Below are positions 17,441 to 24,000 of a stretch of DNA of 24,000 nucleotides, one piece after another. Both the position numbers and the translations under genes were made by a program. Each line of letters begins with the position of its first letter. The first letter of the stretch is position 1. Origin of the DNA: an uncultured Actinomycetes bacterium (GTDB taxonomy: Bacteria > Actinomycetota > UBA4738 > HRBIN12); contig CAVOUQ010000021.1 in the NCBI GenBank assembly GCA_963699635.1, positions 1,816-25,815 on the forward strand, read 5' to 3'. The notes under the pieces are model-generated. The model ran no database searches. It saw only the letters and a list, made by a program, of their open reading frames with translations, and was not told where the DNA came from.

Positions 17441-18481
17441 ATGGTGGAGCCCGAGCTCGGTCGGCGGAAGGTGGCGGTCCTGCGCGCGGTCGTCGAGGAG
17501 TACGTCCGCTCGGGCGAGCCCGTCGGCAGCGAGACGATCGCGGAACGATCCGGCCTCGGCGTGTCCTCCGCGACGATCCGAAACGAGCTGGCCGCGCTCG
17601 AGGAGCTCGGCTACCTCATGCACCCCCACACCTCGGCCGGGCGGATCCCGACGGACGCCGGCTACCGCAAGTACGTGGACACGCTCCCGCCCCGCGGCCG
17701 CCTCCGCGACGCGCAGCGGCGCGCGATCGCCGGCTTCTTCGCCGAGACGATGCTCGACCTCGAGGAGGTCCTGAAGGGCACGACGCAGCTGCTTTCGCGC
17801 GTCACCCAGTACGCGGGTCTGGCCGTCCCGCCGGGCGGCTCGAGCGAGGTGATCCTGCGGACCGAGCTGATCGAGGTCGGGAGCGCGCTGATGTTCCTGG
17901 TGATCGGCCAGCAGGGCCGCGTCGACAAGGCGATGCTCGACCGCCCGGAGGACCTCGACGCCGAGGGGCTGTCGACGCTCGATCGCACGCTCACCGAGGC
18001 GTTCCGGGGCAAGGCCGTCGCCGACGCGCGAGCCGACGCCCTGAAGCTCGCGGCCACCGCCGAGGGGATCGAGCGGGCCCTGCTCGTCGCGGCCGCCGAC
18101 ACGTTCGGCGACCTCCAGACGGGGCCCGGGGCCCACCACGTGCTGATCGGCGGCGTCGCCAACCTCGCCGACGAGGCCGCGCACTGGCGGCGCGAGACGG
18201 TGCGGCGGCTGTTCGAGGCGCTCGAGCACGAGTCCGAGATGCTCGAGCTCCTGCGCGACGTCACGGTCGACCAGGACGTGAACGTGACGATCGGCACGGA
18301 GCACCCGCACACCGGGGACTGGCAGGCCTCGATCGTCTCGGCGCCCTTCGGGGCGGGAACGACCGCGCTCGGCACGGTCGGCGTCGTCGGGCCGACGGCC
18401 ATGGACTACGTCTCGGTGATGGCCTCGGTCCGCGCGGTCGCCCGCCGCCTGTCCGAGCTCGCGACGGAGCTCGGCGCCTAG
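17441..18481 (+). CDS. hrcA: heat-inducible transcription repressor HrcA
   Basis: In-frame part of ORF 16616..18481. ATG 17441 gives MVEPELGRRKVAVLRAVVEEYVRSGEPVGSETIAERSGLGVSSATIRNELAALEELGYLMHPHTSAGRIPTDAGYRKYVD, the canonical HrcA N-terminus. The upstream ORF extension is antisense to the sigma gene. Confidence 0.95.
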   Translation: MVEPELGRRKVAVLRAVVEEYVRSGEPVGSETIAERSGLGVSSATIRNELAALEELGYLMHPHTSAGRIPTDAGYRKYVDTLPPRGRLRDAQRRAIAGFFAETMLDLEEVLKGTTQLLSRVTQYAGLAVPPGGSSEVILRTELIEVGSALMFLVIGQQGRVDKAMLDRPEDLDAEGLSTLDRTLTEAFRGKAVADARADALKLAATAEGIERALLVAAADTFGDLQTGPGAHHVLIGGVANLADEAAHWRRETVRRLFEALEHESEMLELLRDVTVDQDVNVTIGTEHPHTGDWQASIVSAPFGAGTTALGTVGVVGPTAMDYVSVMASVRAVARRLSELATELGA

Positions 18482-18487
18482 CCGCCG

Positions 18488-19588
18488 ATGGCCGCCCGCG
18501 ACCTCTACGAGATCCTCGGCGTCGCCCGCGACTCCTCGGGCGACGACATCAAGAAGGCGTACCGGCGCCTCGCCCGCGAGCACCACCCCGACGTGAACCC
18601 CGATCCCGCCGCCGAGGAGCGTTTCAAGGAGGTCTCGGCGGCGTACGAGATCCTCTCCGATCCCCAGAAGCGGCAGCAGTACGACCGGTACGGCCAGGGA
18701 CGCGGGTCCGTGGACTTCCCGTTCGCCGACGTCTCCGACCTGTTCGAGGCGTTCTTCGGGCAGGGCTCGTTCGGTCGACGCCGGACGGCCACGCGCCGCA
18801 CGCGGACCCAGCACGGTGAGGACGTCTTCGCCCAGGAGCACCTGTCGTTTCGCGAGGCCGTGTTCGGCGTTCGGCGCGAGGTGGCGGTCGCGCGACTCGA
18901 GCCGTGCGAGCGCTGCTCGGGTTCGGGCGCCGAGCCCGGCACCTCGCCGCAGCGATGCCGGATGTGCGGCGGCACGGGGCAGTTGCAGGACGTGCGCCGC
19001 AGCATCTTCGGCACCGTGATGACCGCGCACCCGTGCACGACGTGCGAGGGCACGGGCGAGGAGATCACGACGCCGTGCGAGCGGTGCGACGGCCGCGGAC
19101 GGGTCGCGGCCGAGGCGACGGTGCCGGTCGACGTCCCGGCGGGCGTCTCCGACGGCCTCGACCTGCGGATCGCGGGAGTGGGCCACGCGGGGCGCTCGGG
19201 TGGCCCGGCGGGCGACCTCTACCTCACGATCGCGGTCGAGGAGGATCCCGTCTTCGAGCGGCGCGGGACGGACGTGTTCGCCGATCTCTCGATCCCGATG
19301 ACGCAGGCGGCGCTCGGCGCGGAGATCGAGGTGGAGACGCTCGACGGTCCCGAGCGGATCGACGTCGAGCCCGGCACGGCGTCCGGGACGACCCTACGGC
19401 TTCGCGGCAAGGGCGTGCCGAACCTCGGCCGGCGCGGCCGGGGCGACCTGTTCCTCACGATCCGCGTCGCGACCCCCACACCGGGCTCGAAGGAGGAGCG
19501 TCGGCTCCTCGAGCTGTTCGCGGAGGCCAGGGGCGAGCCGGCGGGAAAGCGCGCGAGGGTGAAGGCCGAGCTCCGGCGCCCTCGATAG
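18488..19588 (+). CDS. dnaJ: chaperone DnaJ (hrcA-linked dnaJ2 type)
   Basis: J domain DLYEILGV...EHHPDVNP (HPD motif). Four CxxCxGxG zinc motifs ([32 protein letters not shown]). Complete C-terminal domains. Confidence 0.95.
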   Translation: MAARDLYEILGVARDSSGDDIKKAYRRLAREHHPDVNPDPAAEERFKEVSAAYEILSDPQKRQQYDRYGQGRGSVDFPFADVSDLFEAFFGQGSFGRRRTATRRTRTQHGEDVFAQEHLSFREAVFGVRREVAVARLEPCERCSGSGAEPGTSPQRCRMCGGTGQLQDVRRSIFGTVMTAHPCTTCEGTGEEITTPCERCDGRGRVAAEATVPVDVPAGVSDGLDLRIAGVGHAGRSGGPAGDLYLTIAVEEDPVFERRGTDVFADLSIPMTQAALGAEIEVETLDGPERIDVEPGTASGTTLRLRGKGVPNLGRRGRGDLFLTIRVATPTPGSKEERRLLELFAEARGEPAGKRARVKAELRRPR

Positions 19589-19600
19589 GCTGACGCGATC

Positions 19601-19947
19601 GTGTCGGGGTCGAGCTGCGTCTTCTGCCGCATCGTCGAGGGAGACCTCGAGGCGGACGTGCTGTACGAGGCGGACACCGTCATGGCGTTCCGCGACGTCA
19701 ACCCCCAGGCGCCCGTGCACGTCCTGCTGATCCCCAAGGAGCACCTCGTCTCGATCGCCGACGTGGAGGAGCGGCACGCCGGCATGCTGGCCGACCTGTT
19801 CCAGGCCGCACACCAGGTCGCCCGGGCCGAGGGCGTGGCCGAGTCCGGCTGGCGCCTCGTGACGAACGTCGGCCGCGAGGGCGGGCAGCACGTCTTCCAC
19901 CTGCACGTGCATCTCCTGGGCGGGCGACCGATGGGCTGGCCGCCGGG

Positions 19948-19951
<4 letters not shown>
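19601..19951 (+). CDS. HIT-family (HinT-like) nucleotide hydrolase
   Basis: GTG 19601. CVFCRIV N-terminus and histidine triad HLHVHLLGG. Length 116 aa. Confidence 0.9.
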
Positions 19952-21037
<1,086 letters not shown>

Positions 21038-21045
<8 letters not shown>

Positions 21046-21478
21046 CGCCGACCATACCCCGCGGGTTCTCGTGGACGACCGGCAGGAGGCGCCGATCGAC
21101 GTCGAGGGTCTGGTGGCGCTGGCTCGAGAGGTGCTCCTCGGTGAGGGCGTCCCCCGCTCCGAGCTCTCCGTCTCGTTCGTGACGGAGACGGAGATCGCCG
21201 ACCTGCACGAGCGCTACCTGGGCGAGAAGGGTCCGACCGACGTCCTTTCCTTCCCGCTCGACGACGAGGACGAGCACGACGGGGTGCGGGTCCTCGGCGA
21301 CGTCGTGATCGCGCCGTCGGTCGCCGCCGCGAACAACCCCGAGGATCCGACCGGCGAGCTCCGACTCCTGATCGTGCACGGGATCCTGCACCTGCTGGGC
21401 CACGACCACATGGAGGACGCGGCGAGGTCGTCGATGTGGACGCGGCAGGAGCGCTACACGGGGGTCCGCATCCCGTGA
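21038..21478 (+). CDS. ybeY: rRNA maturation endoribonuclease YbeY
   Basis: Zinc motif HGILHLLGHDH, plus GPTDVLSFPL. ATG 21038 overlaps the phoH stop by 8 nt. GTG 21014 is the longest-ORF alternative. Confidence 0.9.
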
Positions 21479-22748
21479 ACTGGCTCTGGGTGCTCGTCGT
21501 GGTCCTGGTGCTGGTCGGCGCGGTGCTCGCGATCGCGGAGGCCTCGCTCACGCGGATGACGCGGGTGCGCGCACTCGCGCTCGTCGAGGAGAAGCGCCGG
21601 AACGCGGTCAGGTTGGAACGGATCGAGGCGGACCCGCCCCGCTACCTGAACGCCGTCTATCTCACGGTGATGCTCTGCCAGAACGGCTCGGCGATCGTCG
21701 TGGCGATCCTCGCGGAGCGGGCGTACGGGAGCCTCGGGGTCACGCTCGTCTCCGTCGGGTTCACGCTCCTGTACTTCGTGCTCGTCGAGGCGATGAGCAA
21801 GACGTTCGGCGTGCTGCACTCGGATCGCGCCGCGCTCGCCGTCGCCCCGCTCGTGTGGTTCCTCGGCCGCGTGCTCGCGGCGCCCACCCGCGCGCTGATC
21901 GGGCTGGCGAACGTGCTGCTCCCGGGGCGCGGGCTGAAGCAGGGCCCGTTCGTCTCCGAGGCCGACCTGCGCTCGATGGCCGAGGTCGGCCACGAGGAGG
22001 GCTCGATCGAGCGCGAGGAGAAGGAGCTGATCCACTCGATCTTCGAGTTCGGCGACACGATCGTGCGCGAGGTCATGGTGCCGAGGCCCGACATCGTCGC
22101 GATCGAGTCGGACAAGACCCTGCACGACGTGCAGGCCGTGGTGCTCGAGCACGGCTACTCGCGCATCCCGGTGTTCACCGACGACCTGGACGACGTGGTC
22201 GGGATCGCCTACGCGAAGGACGTGCTCAAGGCCGTGTATCAGGGCAAGCAGGACATGGCGCTTCGAGAGGTCGTCCGCGAGGCGCGCTTCGTCCCGGAGT
22301 CCAAGAAGGTCGCGGACCTCCTGCGCGAGATGCAGCAGGAGAAGTTCCACATCGCGCTGGTGACCGACGAGTACGGCAGCGTCTCCGGGCTCGTGACGCT
22401 GGAGGACCTGCTCGAGGAGCTCGTCGGCGAGATCGCGGACGAGTACGACACCGAGGAGCCCGAGCTCGAGCAGATCGCCGACGGGGTGTACCGGGTCGAC
22501 GGCAAGATGTCGATCGACGAGGTGAACGAGATGCTGGACGTCGAGCTCCCCGACGAGGAGTGGGACACGGTCGGCGGCCTGATGCTCGGCCTGATGGGCT
22601 CGATCCCCGACGAGGGGGAGGAGGTGGCGTTCCAGAACCTGACCTTCACGGCCGAGAAGGTGGACGGCCGTCGCATCGTGAAGATCCTGATCACCCGTCG
22701 CGAGGACGAGGAGGCGGAGGAACGGGCCGACACCGAGGCGAACGCGCC

Positions 22749-22752
<4 letters not shown>
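21475..22752 (+). CDS. DUF21-CBS-CorC_HlyC membrane protein (hemolysin-like / CorC family)
   Basis: GTG 21475 overlaps the ybeY stop (GTGA). N-terminal transmembrane domain, a CBS pair (VREVMVPRPDIVAIE..., VTDEYGSVSGLVTLEDLLEELVGEI) and a C-terminal CorC_HlyC region. Confidence 0.9.
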
Positions 22753-23149
<397 letters not shown>

Positions 23150-23153
<4 letters not shown>

Positions 23154-24000
23154 GCATCCGCAGCGGCTTCGTCGCGGTGGTCGGCCGGCCGAACGTCGGC
23201 AAGTCCACGCTCGTGAACGCGCTCGTCGGCCAGAAGGTCGCGATCGTCTCGGACAAGCCGCAGACCACGCGGCATCGACATCCGAGCGGTCCTCACGACC
23301 GAGGACTACCAGGTCGTGTTCACCGACACCCCGGGGCTCCACAAGCCGAGGACGCTGCTCGGGCGCGGCTGAACGACTCGTCGACGAGGCGTCGCACGGC
23401 GTCGACGCCGTCGTGCACGTCGTCGACGCGGCGGACGGCGTGGGCCGCGGCGACGCGTTCGTCTTCGAGCGGCAGATCCGGGGCTTCGCCGGACCGAAGG
23501 TCTGCGTCGTGAACAAGGTCGACGCCGTCCGGCACCACAGGACGTCCCGCAGCTCCAGGCGGCGGCCGACCTCGGGGAGTCGGGACGAGGTCGGTCCCGG
23601 TGTCGCCCGGACCGGCGGCGGCGTCGACGTGCTCCGCGAGGTGCTCGTCGGGCGGATCCCGGAGGGTCCGCCGCTACTTCCCGCCGGGCGAGGTCACCGA
23701 CCAGCCGCTCGAGGACGCCTGATCGGAGATCGTCCGGGAGAAGGCGCTCGCCGTGACGCGGCGAGGAGGTCCCGCACTCGGTCGCGGTGGTCGAGGACGA
23801 GCTCGACGCGACGACGGGTCACGAGTCGAGGCGTCGCTCATCGTCGAGCGCGACTCGCAGAAGGGGATCGTGATCGGCAAGGGCGGCGGGATGCTGAGAC
23901 GATCGGGACCCGCGCCCGCGAGGAGATGGAGCTGATGCTCGGCACGAAGGTCTACCTGGACCTCCACGTGAAGGTGCTGAAGGACTGGCAGCGCGACCCG
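23150..24000 (+). pseudogene. era: GTPase Era, truncated by the window end, needs about 12-13 frame corrections (pseudogene or uncorrected indels)
   Basis: GTG 23150 overlaps the cdd stop (GTGA). G1 GRPNVGKS, G3 DTPG, G4 NKVD and the KH-domain segment VIGKGGGML are all present. They are scattered over three frames; see the finding for 22749-24000. Confidence 0.85.

Overview
This is a high-GC (about 70%) chromosomal core region with actinobacterial-type gene order. The run is leuS, an orphan histidine kinase, comEA-comEC-holA, rpsT (opposite strand), lepA-hemW, then an ECF sigma factor with a linked membrane/beta-propeller gene on the opposite strand. It continues with CIRCE-hrcA-dnaJ and a HIT-phoH-ybeY-CBS/CorC-cdd-era operon that runs off the 3' end. 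The first 3.6 kb is less conserved. It holds a coiled-coil protein, an unlisted 56-aa membrane ORF, a DUF308/HdeD-like membrane protein, a roughly 650-nt lower-GC non-coding gap containing a tRNA-Ala-like 3' half, and a secreted IPT/TIG-domain protein. I found no CRISPR array, transposase, integrase, toxin-antitoxin pair or recognisable defence or biosynthetic cluster, and I cannot support a claim that a new multi-gene system is present. Four things stand out. (1) Two sharply bounded blocks (about 14855-16775 and 22750-24000) need many +1/-1 frame corrections in hemW, the propeller gene, cdd and era, while about 17 kb of neighbouring genes need none; this is more likely unpolished sequence than biology. 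(2) An orphan tRNA-like 3' half sits in the long non-coding gap. (3) A near-consensus CIRCE operator lies in a 47-nt divergent gap between hrcA and the ECF sigma gene. (4) The ECF sigma/propeller pair interrupts otherwise conserved synteny. The long ORFs antisense to recognised genes are high-GC artefacts.
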